A DNA stretch of 64,000 nt from an uncultured archaeon (GCA_964486045.1 CAZALK010000001.1:1-64000); one strand, 5' to 3'; shown: positions 11,199 to 22,169, numbered from the stretch's first letter. Numbers and translations are program-made. Notes: a model not told the origin generated them from the sequence alone.

Positions 11199-11430
11199 TG
11201 GGAATATTAATTCTTACTCAATATCTTTCTAAACTTAATCTCTTATAATAAAATATTTTTTAAAAGAATTTCTAAATCATAAAACAGAATTACACTTATC
11301 TAATTCAATATTCTTAAAGAAAAAAGAAAGAGATTAAAGATTCTATTCCATTAGAATATAAATTATTATATAACAATATTTTATTTATATCTTTAATATC
11401 AAAACCAAATAATTTAAACAAAAAAATTTT

Positions 11431-13536
11431 GTGTTGAATATGAAAAAGACTAATACCAAATCTTTAATGATTTTTACTATCCTTTTTGCATCTATTGTTT
11501 CAATGCCAATAGTAGTTAGTGGGCAACAGGGAACTCCAGATAATAATTTCAAGTTTGATCAAGTTGACGTCGGGATTATTAATGGTTTTAGAGGTGGATT
11601 CGGAGCTCTTTTTGGGCAACATTTAGGATACGGTGGTAAGATCTTAGAGTCAATATTTAATATGTTGTTCCTTCAAGGATTAAATCTTACTTCTCACGAA
11701 ATGTTAGATAATTCATTTGTTTTAAGTGCAAACCGTACCCTCCACATTACGGGCAATTATGATTTTGAGTCTGAGAATGATGATACTGAGATATACTATG
11801 CTCCTCATGAATATAATAACCTTATTCCTGTAATTACAGGTTTAAAACCTGGAGATCCGGGTTATGCATATTGTGTTGTTAAAAAACAAGGGAGTTATAC
11901 CTATGATTTAGAAATAGGAGCTGCTGTAACCTTGATTATCTGGGATAATGATCGCTCATTCATAACAGCAATCAATAGATTAATTAACTTCTTTAAAAAA
12001 CTAATAATTCAAACGGAGATTCATGGGCAAGAACTATCTACTGACATAATAAGAGAAGGAGTCTCTCTTCTTACTTGGTTTTTAATTCACATCAATGATA
12101 TATTCACTGGAGATGAATTATTTATATTAAATCCTATTACATGGCAGAAACTTGAGATCACCCCAAGTTTGGACTTCAATATTACTAAAACGTGGTATAC
12201 TACAGGAAATGAGCTAGGTGAATTGAATGTTAACCTATTATCAGATCCGAAGCTAAATTCTCTCCCAAATGGAAATTTAGTTTTAGATAGATGGAGAACA
12301 ATAGCTCAAAAAAGATCGGATGACTATATGAAATGGTTATTAACACCAACATTAGATGAGATCCCTGCTAAAACCGTTTGGACTCAATTTTCATTTGATC
12401 TAATTCAATTATGGATAAAAAATTTTGAGATACACATCGATGTTGGCCAAATCCTTAATGCCGTATCTGGTGCGGGACAGAGTAATACAAATGTTGCTAT
12501 TATAAATGCCTTTAATGGGGCTAATATAGAGTTTTACTTATTTACTCATCATTTAGCAGGTGCTTTCTTATATAATGATACAGACGGTAATGATGTGATC
12601 TCTGCTAACTACGCACCCATAACCGTTGATGGTGAAAGTGTAGAAGTGCCTTATAGTAGTGAACTTTCTCATAGATTAATGTTAGGAACAGTAGGTAGCT
12701 TTAACTTCATTAAACCCACAATTAATCCCAGTAATAAAAGCATTTCATGGGGATTAAATGTTTTGGATGCAAATATTACTGCAGTTCCGATAGGTGTTGA
12801 TTTAAATTCTTACGTTGATGCACCACAAGAAAATTTGGAATATTTGTACTTCGGTTTTACTTTTGAACCAAGTTTTGATAGAGAATTAGGTGCTGCTCAT
12901 GGTTTGCTTAAATTAGATCAGTTTTTTGCTCCTTGGAATGACCCTAACGCACCATATGCCAATTCACCAATAGCAGGATTAGACTTAGCAATCATATATG
13001 TATCCACAGTATTACACTTTGAGTTAAGTATCGCAACACAAGGTCAACTGCCTGATGATCCAACAACATTATTAAACCAAGACCATTACAAAAGCACAGA
13101 AAAAAAACTCAAGGTAGGTAATTATCTTAGTAGCAGTGCACAAAACGAACTTGAATTTATCGATATAGCTGGTCCTGATTATGAATATGGTAATAATTCT
13201 GCCAGACTAACTGCTCCAGCTAGCACGAGCATAATACCTGTTTTAATATGGCTATTGGAGCATAAGAGACATGATACTGTTGTGGCTGCTGGTGGTGGGG
13301 AAGTTGGTACTTATTCTAGCGATATTAGGGTACAAGCAGAACTAAATGTTATAGTATGGGCAGTTATTTATCCTCAATTTGAGAATGGGACTGGAATTTG
13401 GCATGATCCAACGTTCTCTGTTTATCTTGTTTTCGCTTCCGAAGAGTTCTGGGCATTAATCGTGTTGATTGCTGGCGTTGGACTAGTAGGTGTCGCTACA
13501 GTACTAATAAAGAGAAGAAAGGATAGAAGGTTTTAA
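11431..13536 (+). CDS. Secreted, C-terminally anchored cell-surface (glyco)protein
   Basis: N-terminal signal peptide, many NxS/T sequons, C-terminal TM followed by KRRKDRRF. Confidence 0.8.
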   Translation: MLNMKKTNTKSLMIFTILFASIVSMPIVVSGQQGTPDNNFKFDQVDVGIINGFRGGFGALFGQHLGYGGKILESIFNMLFLQGLNLTSHEMLDNSFVLSANRTLHITGNYDFESENDDTEIYYAPHEYNNLIPVITGLKPGDPGYAYCVVKKQGSYTYDLEIGAAVTLIIWDNDRSFITAINRLINFFKKLIIQTEIHGQELSTDIIREGVSLLTWFLIHINDIFTGDELFILNPITWQKLEITPSLDFNITKTWYTTGNELGELNVNLLSDPKLNSLPNGNLVLDRWRTIAQKRSDDYMKWLLTPTLDEIPAKTVWTQFSFDLIQLWIKNFEIHIDVGQILNAVSGAGQSNTNVAIINAFNGANIEFYLFTHHLAGAFLYNDTDGNDVISANYAPITVDGESVEVPYSSELSHRLMLGTVGSFNFIKPTINPSNKSISWGLNVLDANITAVPIGVDLNSYVDAPQENLEYLYFGFTFEPSFDRELGAAHGLLKLDQFFAPWNDPNAPYANSPIAGLDLAIIYVSTVLHFELSIATQGQLPDDPTTLLNQDHYKSTEKKLKVGNYLSSSAQNELEFIDIAGPDYEYGNNSARLTAPASTSIIPVLIWLLEHKRHDTVVAAGGGEVGTYSSDIRVQAELNVIVWAVIYPQFENGTGIWHDPTFSVYLVFASEEFWALIVLIAGVGLVGVATVLIKRRKDRRF

Positions 13537-13550
13537 AATCTAGAAATATA

Positions 13551-13580
13551 TTTCTTATTTTTTTTTTTCATTTTTTTTTA
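13551..13580 (+). terminator. Oligo-T archaeal terminator candidate
   Basis: Long T-tracts just after the stop codon at 13536. Confidence 0.55.
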
Positions 13581-13663
13581 ATTTATAACTTCATAAATTT
13601 TAAATTATGAGATAATTAAGTCACATAAAGACACAATAAATAAATATCTCAAGTGAATAAAGT

Positions 13664-15436
13664 ATGGAATTAGATGTTCCAAATCCTTATAATGTGGATG
13701 AAAATAAACGATGGTTTAGTAATTGGTGGCCTAAAGGCGTCCCAAATAATACTACATTTGAAGAAAAAACCTTAAATGAGTTTTTAGATGAACAAGTAGA
13801 GAAGTATAGTGACAGAAATTTTATTTGGTTCTTAGATACATGGATTACATATAAGCAATTTCAAGATTATGTGAAGTCATTTGCATCAGCATTAACAAAT
13901 TTGGGTATTCAAAAGGGAGATGTTGTGTCATTACATCTTCCCAATTGCGCGCAGTATATAGTTGGATATTACGCTATAACAAGAATTGGTGCAATTGCGA
14001 GTGGTATTAACCCCACATATCAACCAATTGAAATTCTGCATCAATTTGAAATAATTGAGCCAAAAATTTTGATCGTATTGGACTCTTTATATGAAAAATT
14101 CATAAAACCAATTATTAATGACACAAACATCGAAATAATTATTTATACTAATCTTACTGACCTCACTAACATTAAAGGAGTTAAAAAAGCTATTGGTAAA
14201 TTTGTGAAAAAAATTCCCTCTGGTAAAGTAGATTTTCCGGGTGCCCTTAAATTTAGTGATCTTATTAAAACAGAACCAGAAGAGACTTATTTAGATATTG
14301 ACGTTAAATTACATCCCGCCACATATATCATGACGGGTGGAACAACAGGCCTACCAAAAGCAGCAGTGTTAACACACTTTAATGTTGTATCTAACGCAAA
14401 ACAATGTCAACTATGGTTAGGGGGGGAAAAACCGGGAGTTGGGAATATAGGGATCCTTCCATTATTCCATAGTTTTGCTCATACAGTGATAATGAACACA
14501 TCCTTATCAATAGGAGGATGGATAATGCTTTTTCCAACACCTCCTTCTCAAGTTGAATTATGTGAAGTTATTGAGAGACTCCCATGCGAGAAGGGACTAA
14601 TTTATGCCGGAACTGAAATTTTATTCAAAAGGTTAGCAGAGCTAAAGAATCTTAAAAGACGTTATCCTGGAGTTATGGGAAAGCTAATTCTCTGTCTTTC
14701 AAGTGCAGGACCATTACATAAACCAGTTCGTGATGCTTTTATTAATAACACGGGAGGAAGAATTGTTGAAGGTTACGGATTATCAGAAGCTAGTCCGGCT
14801 GTAAGTGCTGGTAATTTATTCGGTGAAAGTCCTATTGGTAGCATAGGAATGCCATTTCCGGGAACAACATGGGGAATATGGCCTGTTGACGATTTTTCAA
14901 AAGGACCTATTAGTTTGGGTAATCCGGAAGATAAAAATTTTGGTATAGAACATAGTGGGGAGATTTGTATCTCAGGCCCACAGGTTATGAAAGAGTATCT
15001 AAATGTTCCAGATGAAACCAGTATGAGTCTTAAAAAGTTTGACAATAAGATTTGGCTTTTAACAGGAGATATAGGTTTTATGAGTGAGGATGGAACGATA
15101 GAAATCCGCGATCGAAAGAAACAAATTATAAAATGTAAGGGGTATTCTGTATTCCCTAAAGAAGTTGAAGAACTCCTTATGAAACATCCAGATATTTCAG
15201 AAGCCGCTGTTGCAGGATTACCTCATGAGGAATATGGAGAAATTATTAAAGCATGGGTATCAATCAGGGAAGATTGTAATTGTTCTCCCCAATCTATCAA
15301 AGAGTGGGCAGCAAAAAATATGGCAAGCTATAAGTGTCCTCATTCTATAGCACTGATTGGAGAGTTACCTAAAAATTATATAGGGAAGGTCCAAAGACGT
15401 GTTTTACAAGAAGCAGATCCATTGTATAAAAAATAA
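13664..15436 (+). CDS. Long-chain fatty acid--CoA ligase (FadD-like)
   Basis: MTGGTTGLPK, EGYGLSE, TGDIG motifs and the GKV A10 lysine. Confidence 0.92.
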   Translation: MELDVPNPYNVDENKRWFSNWWPKGVPNNTTFEEKTLNEFLDEQVEKYSDRNFIWFLDTWITYKQFQDYVKSFASALTNLGIQKGDVVSLHLPNCAQYIVGYYAITRIGAIASGINPTYQPIEILHQFEIIEPKILIVLDSLYEKFIKPIINDTNIEIIIYTNLTDLTNIKGVKKAIGKFVKKIPSGKVDFPGALKFSDLIKTEPEETYLDIDVKLHPATYIMTGGTTGLPKAAVLTHFNVVSNAKQCQLWLGGEKPGVGNIGILPLFHSFAHTVIMNTSLSIGGWIMLFPTPPSQVELCEVIERLPCEKGLIYAGTEILFKRLAELKNLKRRYPGVMGKLILCLSSAGPLHKPVRDAFINNTGGRIVEGYGLSEASPAVSAGNLFGESPIGSIGMPFPGTTWGIWPVDDFSKGPISLGNPEDKNFGIEHSGEICISGPQVMKEYLNVPDETSMSLKKFDNKIWLLTGDIGFMSEDGTIEIRDRKKQIIKCKGYSVFPKEVEELLMKHPDISEAAVAGLPHEEYGEIIKAWVSIREDCNCSPQSIKEWAAKNMASYKCPHSIALIGELPKNYIGKVQRRVLQEADPLYKK

Positions 15437-15667
15437 TGTTTTTTATACAGTTCTATTGTTATTTAATATTATCGTGCTTAGCAATCTAAAGAAATAAATT
15501 AGGTCATAACATCGTTATAATTCATAACATTCATAATTATCATCAAAACCAAAAAAAAAAGCAAGTTCTAATATGGACGAACATAAATTATTATTAAGAA
15601 GTGTTATTTTTTTTAATATATTGATCAAAAAGTAAAAAAAAAAATAAAATTTTGAGAAAAGATAAAT

Positions 15668-16606
15668 TTGTCTGAAAATTCTAAAATAAAAGATTTTAAT
15701 ATAGAAAGTCGTCAGTTTGAGAGTATTCAGATAAAAGGTTCTGAACTTTCAATAATAGATGAAGTAATTCAAGATTTTTCACCTGAAATAGCATATATAT
15801 ACCACATTAGAGAAGATGAATCAGAAGAACAACAGATCAAAACCGGTAGGCTTCATGAAAATAGAATTTTAGGGATAGTTTTAAAATTTCATCTAGAAGG
15901 GAAAAATAAGATCACAACTGGGGAAGTGGAACATGAATATAAAAAATATTTTAAGGAGATTGCCCGTTCTACGATTTCGACCTATTTAAATATGCTAAAA
16001 AAAGAGTCCACCCTTTATAAAGAAAGGGATGGTCGATTAGTTTATTACATTTTTTATGAAGATCCTCCGAGAGAGATAAAACCATTTTGGTTTACAAGAA
16101 TTTTTTGTATTGTCCCTGCCTATTTTGAAAGAGCATTGTACTATGCTGATTTATACTTAACAGCAGAAAAGTATGTTGATCAATATATTAAGAAATTCCA
16201 CAGTGGAGAAAAAAAAATTTTATTGCGGAATTTTAAATTTCTGATCGGTATAATTATAATAAATATTTTTAAAAATCGAAGTTCTAAATGTGTTCTTTGC
16301 CAGTTCAGCAAACGAGAAATGTATAATAAGTTAGAAGAAATGATAGACATAGCAGTTAAAGATAGAAGTGATGTGTTATCTGAAGAATTGCTGGAGGCCT
16401 TAGTAGGGAAATATAGTGAAATACCTATGTTTAATGGAATCTACATAAAAGGTGAAAAGAGAGAGGAAAACGTAGTTGAAAAAATCTTAAAATTCGCAGA
16501 TGATTATAAAAAAGATTTAGAATTTCAAATAATGGTTTCTAGCAGAAGAAGATCTTTAAGATTAAAGCAAAAAGAAGTTTTAGAAAAAGAAAATATAGAT
16601 GTATAA
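15668..16606 (+). CDS. Winged-HTH-containing hypothetical protein, possible regulator
   Basis: 'ITTGEVEHEY...IARSTISTYLNMLKKESTLYKERDGRLVYY'. Confidence 0.65.
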   Translation: MSENSKIKDFNIESRQFESIQIKGSELSIIDEVIQDFSPEIAYIYHIREDESEEQQIKTGRLHENRILGIVLKFHLEGKNKITTGEVEHEYKKYFKEIARSTISTYLNMLKKESTLYKERDGRLVYYIFYEDPPREIKPFWFTRIFCIVPAYFERALYYADLYLTAEKYVDQYIKKFHSGEKKILLRNFKFLIGIIIINIFKNRSSKCVLCQFSKREMYNKLEEMIDIAVKDRSDVLSEELLEALVGKYSEIPMFNGIYIKGEKREENVVEKILKFADDYKKDLEFQIMVSSRRRSLRLKQKEVLEKENIDV

Positions 16607-16668
16607 TTAGAATTCCTACTAAATCTCTAGAGTGTTTATTTTTCCTAGAAAACTAAACTCAATTTTTA

Positions 16669-17217
16669 TTAAATTAATTTTGATCGTTGCATCATTATAC
16701 TCGTGAGAGCATCAAAGGTGTTTTCAACATTCTCCCCCGTTTTTGAGCTGCATTCTATAAATCCGTCTACACCCCTTGATTTTGCAATATTGATCCCCTC
16801 ATCTCCAGTAACTTCCCGATCATCTAAAAGATCTGCTTTTCCTCCGACAACTATAATGGGAAATGTATCTGGCTCTGATTTAATTTCTTTCCTCACAACT
16901 AATAACCAATCATCAATATGGGCTAATGAGGAGTAATTTGTAACATCATACATAAATAGAGCTCCATTAGCACCTCGAACATAAGTAGGTAATAAAAATC
17001 TAAATCTTTCTTCTCCCCCAAAATCCCAAATTTGAAGTTTAACCTTTTTTCCATTAGCCTCCAAGCTCTTCACCTCAAAATCCACTCCGATGGTCATTTT
17101 TGTATCAGATTTGAACAGGTTAGTGAGAAATCTTTGAGTCAATGTGGTTTTACCACATCCCGCATCTCCGAAGATTACCACCTTATATGTAGCGTCGTAA
17201 ATTGTTAATCTCCTCAA
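16669..17217 (-). CDS. Rab-like small GTPase
   Basis: GDAGCGKT, TIGVDF, WDFGGEE, GGKAD, CSSK; real start may be ATT at 17202. Confidence 0.95.
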   Translation of the reverse strand: MRRLTIYDATYKVVIFGDAGCGKTTLTQRFLTNLFKSDTKMTIGVDFEVKSLEANGKKVKLQIWDFGGEERFRFLLPTYVRGANGALFMYDVTNYSSLAHIDDWLLVVRKEIKSEPDTFPIIVVGGKADLLDDREVTGDEGINIAKSRGVDGFIECSSKTGENVENTFDALTSIMMQRSKLI

Positions 17218-17687
17218 CCATTTTTGGATGTTACTTAGACGAGTATCCTTATTTAAATCAAGCTTATGGATTTTTATTATGATGATTTAATTATTTTGTT
17301 AATTGGTACTTTATAAATCTTGTAGAAATCAACCTTAATAAATATTTTATGATATTTAAGTATTAAATTTGGTTTCTATAATAAATATATGGTTAATAAA
17401 ATAAATAAATGTGGATAAGCTCTTTGTAATGAAATTGGTATTCCTTTCTTTCAACATCATTTAGAAATTTGGTCTTGGAATTGCTGGCTTTAAGAACTTT
17501 TATTTTTCAAGGGAATAATAAGAAGCCTAAATTGAACAAGCTGAAAAAGAATTACTTCCCGGAACTCAAAAATTTTCGGATAATTGAATGAAAAAATAAT
17601 TTTTAATCTTTCCAAAAGAATATACTTTATTTTTGATAACTTATTTTTCTACCCAAAAATAGGATTTTCTATAATCGTTCTTAAATT

Positions 17688-18359
17688 ATGCTACGAGATC
17701 AAAACCTTACTGAAGAAATTAGAAAGTATTGTAAAAATATCGGAGTCGATGTAGTAGGATTTGCCGATCCATCTCTATTTGAACGATATTCAGAAGTAAA
17801 TCGTCCCCAAGCCTACATTGAAGATTCTAAAACCGTAATAGTTATCGGGTTCTATTTATATGATATTGTTCTTGATGCCTGGAGCCATAATAAAGGTGAA
17901 AAGATATGGAAACGTCAGTTTGCCGATGCTGTAGTTGAACAGTTTTGTAACAGGATTCGTCGATTTTTACTGAAAAAAGGTTTTAATTCGCGTGTTATTC
18001 CTTATAGCCCAGGTTTATTTTTAAAGGAAGCAGCAGCACTAGCTGGAATTGGACCAATTGGAAAAAATAATTTATTAATCACTGATGAATTTGGCTCACA
18101 AGTGAGGTTAAGAGCCTTAGCTACAAACGTACCACTTACATGTGGAGAACCTATAGCTAAGAGTGAATATTGTAATGGATGTAACATATGTATCGACTCA
18201 TGCCCGTCAAAAGCTCTTTCTAATGGTAAATATTCAAAGGAAAAGTGTCATGAATATCTAATCCATCATAGGCGAAAACTTTCAGAATATGTTTTTATTG
18301 ATTGTAATATATGCATTGAATGCTGTCCTGTTGGAAAAATTAAAAATTTAAAAGTTTAA
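17688..18359 (+). CDS. QueG/reductive dehalogenase-like cobalamin 4Fe-4S protein
   Basis: AALAGIGPIGKNNLL..FGSQVRL; CNGCNICIDSCP and CNICIECCP. Confidence 0.85.
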   Translation: MLRDQNLTEEIRKYCKNIGVDVVGFADPSLFERYSEVNRPQAYIEDSKTVIVIGFYLYDIVLDAWSHNKGEKIWKRQFADAVVEQFCNRIRRFLLKKGFNSRVIPYSPGLFLKEAAALAGIGPIGKNNLLITDEFGSQVRLRALATNVPLTCGEPIAKSEYCNGCNICIDSCPSKALSNGKYSKEKCHEYLIHHRRKLSEYVFIDCNICIECCPVGKIKNLKV

Positions 18360-18412
18360 AACCTTAAAATTATCTTATTTCTATGTATTTCGTTTCAAGT
18401 AATTTTAGGTAC

Positions 18413-18790
18413 TTAATTATCTGAAACAGAAACGGTTACAGCTGCATTACATACAATTATCTGATCTGAAGTATCGTCTAATTCCTTAATCATTATTCCT
18501 TTAGCAGTTAATCCCCCTTGAACAACCTCAATGGATTTTTCACCAAACGGAATAGCTTTCAATACCTCCTTTTCGTCAAGTTTTTCAGGATAAGGAGCAC
18601 CTATCTTAACATGTACTTTCATCCGAGATATATCTTTAGGCTCTTTCAAGCCACAAATTTCTGATAAACCAGTTAAACAGTTGTTAGATATTGCATTCTT
18701 AATTGCCTTGATTGCTGCATTAGTACAATCATTATTATGACCGTGCTGGTCTGTACCCATCGCGAGCTGCGTAATAAAACGATTATTCAT
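18413..18790 (-). CDS. Lin0512-family protein
   Basis: 'MGTDQHG...TNAAIKAIKNAI...GGL...NAAVTV'. Confidence 0.8.
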   Translation of the reverse strand: MNNRFITQLAMGTDQHGHNNDCTNAAIKAIKNAISNNCLTGLSEICGLKEPKDISRMKVHVKIGAPYPEKLDEKEVLKAIPFGEKSIEVVQGGLTAKGIMIKELDDTSDQIIVCNAAVTVSVSDN

Positions 18791-18910
18791 TTAAGATACC
18801 AAATTGAATTATTTTTTAGATCATTATCAAAATCTTATATTACTTTCATCAAAAACTTTTATTTTTTGATATAATAATATAATGCAAACGAAAAGATTGA
18901 GAAAGTAGAA

Positions 18911-20005
18911 ATGTATGAAATTGACAGATCAGTTTATCAACGGTTCGAGCAGAAAAACAATATGATTTTAAGACGTCTATGGGATAAGTCTTTAACGACA
19001 TATAGTAAAATGTTTGAATTCAATATAGAAAAGCATATAAATTCAAATAAGGAAGGATATTCGAGAGAAGATTTTGCTTTCGTTGCTGCTGGTTGGACAG
19101 TTTATGAGAAATTTCCCTATGCTTTTACTTGGGAAAGAGGAGATTTGATGGATATAGGCTATGGGGTAAATTGGATGAAAAATAAATATTCAATCAATGA
19201 TAATAAAAAATTTACAACAAGAGTAAAAAAAGCAGCAAAGCTTTATGGTGCTTCTTTAGTTGGAATTTCAGATATTAATAAAAAGTGGATTTATAAGAAT
19301 GGATTTGTAAGACCACCAAACACAAGCGAATCAGATTCAAAAAAGGATGTCAGAAAAGGTAAAACTTTGGGTTCTATATTAGAAACTCCTATTAATTTAC
19401 CAAAGGGGATAAACAAAGCAATTATGATAGCAATTGAAATGGATAAAGATGCAATTTCTACTGCACCAGCTCAACCAGCAGCAGCAACAGCAGCAATAAC
19501 TTACTCTAAAATGAGCTTTGTGATATCTTGTTTAGGGGAATTTATAAGAAATTTAGGATACAGGGCTATTCAATGTGGTAATGACACGGCATTAAGTATT
19601 CCATTAGCAATTGATGCAGGACTCGGAGCTTTAGGTAGACATGGTCTACTAATTACACCAGAGTATGGTCCAAGAGTAAGAATTTGTAAAGTATTTACAG
19701 ATTTACCTATAATTGCAGATAAACCAAATCTGGAATTCCTTAATAAAATAGAAAGATATTGTAAAGTCTGCTACAAATGTTCTGACGCTTGTGAAACTAA
19801 AGCAATATCAATTGAGGAAAATCCAAGTTTTCACGGAAAAAATATTTCCAATAATCCAGGAGTGAAAAAATATTATACCGATGGAGAAAAATGTTTTAAA
19901 TTCTGGATAGAAAACAGCAGTGATTGTGGAGCCTGTATTGCTGCATGTCCCTTTTCAAAAATTAAGAGATTTTTATCTCCACGTGAGTTTTGGGAAAAAA
20001 TTTAA
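18911..20005 (+). CDS. Reductive dehalogenase (RdhA-like, no TAT signal)
   Basis: SIPLAIDAGLGALGRHGLLITPEYGPRVR; CKVCYKCSDAC and CFKFW..DCGACIAACP. Confidence 0.88.
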   Translation: MYEIDRSVYQRFEQKNNMILRRLWDKSLTTYSKMFEFNIEKHINSNKEGYSREDFAFVAAGWTVYEKFPYAFTWERGDLMDIGYGVNWMKNKYSINDNKKFTTRVKKAAKLYGASLVGISDINKKWIYKNGFVRPPNTSESDSKKDVRKGKTLGSILETPINLPKGINKAIMIAIEMDKDAISTAPAQPAAATAAITYSKMSFVISCLGEFIRNLGYRAIQCGNDTALSIPLAIDAGLGALGRHGLLITPEYGPRVRICKVFTDLPIIADKPNLEFLNKIERYCKVCYKCSDACETKAISIEENPSFHGKNISNNPGVKKYYTDGEKCFKFWIENSSDCGACIAACPFSKIKRFLSPREFWEKI

Positions 20006-20074
20006 TAATTTGAACTATGAAAATAGAATTAGAAGAAATGAATTATTAAATTTGATTTATTTTATTTCAATATC

Positions 20075-21958
20075 CTAAAATTGGTATTTTCCTTCTAATA
20101 TTCCATGATAAATTTCTTTTGTTATGGGAACATACTCATCACTGTTTGGTAATAGTACATATGATGTATTATTTATCTCGTTGATATTATATCCCTCTTT
20201 TTTCAATTTTACTTTCTGTATCTTATGAGTTGCAGTGAAGTCAAATCCATCAATAAATCGGATAAACTTTGGGATAGCATAATATGGCAAATATTTTTTG
20301 AGATAATTGGCAAAACCTTTGAAATCGAAATTTTGATCTGATTTTTGATGAACAGAAACCATTCCCGCACGACCTTCAGTTTGTGGAATTAATACTCCAT
20401 AAACAGAACACATATCAATTTCTTCAAAACTGTTAACAACTGATTCAACTTCCTCTGTAGAAACATTTTCACCTTTCCACCTGAAAGTATCACCTAAGCG
20501 GTCTACAAATTGGACGTGGCCATAACCAATATCCCTTAATAAATCTCCGGTGTTGATATACATATCCCCCTTTTTAAGTGCATCACGGAAAACTTTTCTT
20601 TCGGTGGCTTCTTCGTCTTTATACATATAAAAATTGTCAGGATCTGTTATTTGCCCAAGCAATAGACCAACTTCACCTGTTTTTACTTTTTTCATGCGTC
20701 CTCTCTCATTTCTGAAAGGTATATCGTTTTCAAAATCATATTTTACAATAGCGTAGGGTGTTAAACAAACTCCACAGGTTTTATCGAGATTATGCATATT
20801 GGCAAAATTGGAAACAAAATCTTCTGTAGCGCCATAAAACTCTCTAACTTCCTGGATATCAAACCTTTTTTTGAAATCTAACCAAATATCTAACCTAAGT
20901 CCATTCCCAACTATTTTTACTATTGGATTGTCTGCATCGTCTGGTTTTGGGGGCTGATTATACAAATATCTGCATATTTCTCCTACATAATTGAAGCAAG
21001 TTGCATTAAACTTCCGAGTTTCATCCCAAAATTTACTAGCGCTGAATTTTCTAGCGATTGCCATTGCCGATCCTTTATTAAGTGCAGCAGCAAAGGCTAC
21101 TTTAATCCCATGACTATGAAATAACGGGGTTGTGATATATATAATATCCTCAGTTTTCATCCCAACGACCATATCCCACCATCCCATCGCAGTTATTATT
21201 GAACGATTTTTCATAATTGCAGCTTTTGGAAGCCCCATAGTACCAGATGTAAAAATGTAGACAAAAGGATCTTTCATTAGAATCTCTGAAGTAGTAGGGG
21301 GATTCGTGATGACTGAATCTTTAATTTGTTCTTTAAGATTGATATATCCCTTAGGTGTGTCTAGTTCTCCTTTATCAAGCAAATAAAAGATGTTTTGTTT
21401 TTGTTCATTGGATAACTCTAGTCTGGATTTAACAGCTTCAAACACTTGAAGAAGTTCTTCTCCAATGATATATAAAATCCCGGGAGTATGTGTCATACTG
21501 TGAATGAGTGGATTTTCGCGTAGATTTGTATTAATTAATGAGGAAACAACACCTAATTTACCCAAAGCTAAAATTGTAAACAGGTATTCTGAACGATTTT
21601 CCACAAAAACAACAGCAACATCCCCTTTTTTTAGACCTAATTTAAGAAAGTAATTAGCATAACGATTAATCCACGAATTAAACTCTTTATGAGTATATTT
21701 TTCATCCTCATATAATAGAGCTAATTGGTTAGGATAATTTACAGTATTTTCTTCAATTCGAAGTCCCACAGAATACTTTGTTTCAGGAGTAAGTTCAGCC
21801 ATCCTTGCTGCACCTTCCATTATCAATGGGGTTTTTTTCGCCCAAGAAGGTTGAATTATGTTTTTATATTCTTCTTGAGATATTATATATGGTTGAGTTT
21901 TTTCCTTGTTTTGTGATGAATTGTGAGATTGTGATGTTTTTAAATTTTGATCATTCAT
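20075..21958 (-). CDS. Very-long-chain acyl-CoA synthetase (FATP/FadD6-like)
   Basis: YIFTSGTMGLPK, FYGATE, DRLGDTFRWKGENVST. Confidence 0.93.
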   Translation of the reverse strand: MNDQNLKTSQSHNSSQNKEKTQPYIISQEEYKNIIQPSWAKKTPLIMEGAARMAELTPETKYSVGLRIEENTVNYPNQLALLYEDEKYTHKEFNSWINRYANYFLKLGLKKGDVAVVFVENRSEYLFTILALGKLGVVSSLINTNLRENPLIHSMTHTPGILYIIGEELLQVFEAVKSRLELSNEQKQNIFYLLDKGELDTPKGYINLKEQIKDSVITNPPTTSEILMKDPFVYIFTSGTMGLPKAAIMKNRSIITAMGWWDMVVGMKTEDIIYITTPLFHSHGIKVAFAAALNKGSAMAIARKFSASKFWDETRKFNATCFNYVGEICRYLYNQPPKPDDADNPIVKIVGNGLRLDIWLDFKKRFDIQEVREFYGATEDFVSNFANMHNLDKTCGVCLTPYAIVKYDFENDIPFRNERGRMKKVKTGEVGLLLGQITDPDNFYMYKDEEATERKVFRDALKKGDMYINTGDLLRDIGYGHVQFVDRLGDTFRWKGENVSTEEVESVVNSFEEIDMCSVYGVLIPQTEGRAGMVSVHQKSDQNFDFKGFANYLKKYLPYYAIPKFIRFIDGFDFTATHKIQKVKLKKEGYNINEINNTSYVLLPNSDEYVPITKEIYHGILEGKYQF

Positions 21959-22169
21959 GATTTTGCATTATTGTTCGTAAAATTTAATATTTTTGACATA
22001 AAAAATAAGGAACTATTTTACAATAATGGAAAACTCATTACAAATTAGGGTAATAATCGAAATCTTCAACAAAAGGGAATTCACTGATACCATTCAAGAA
22101 ACAATATCTACCTAGTTTAAATAGTGAATAAAATAAAACAGGAAATAGGTACATGCTATAAAGTTGAAT

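Noticed and set aside
17400-17590. Coding-like fragments between the GTPase and QueG-like genes
   Set aside because: Multiple stops and no identifiable family; insufficient support for a pseudogene call.
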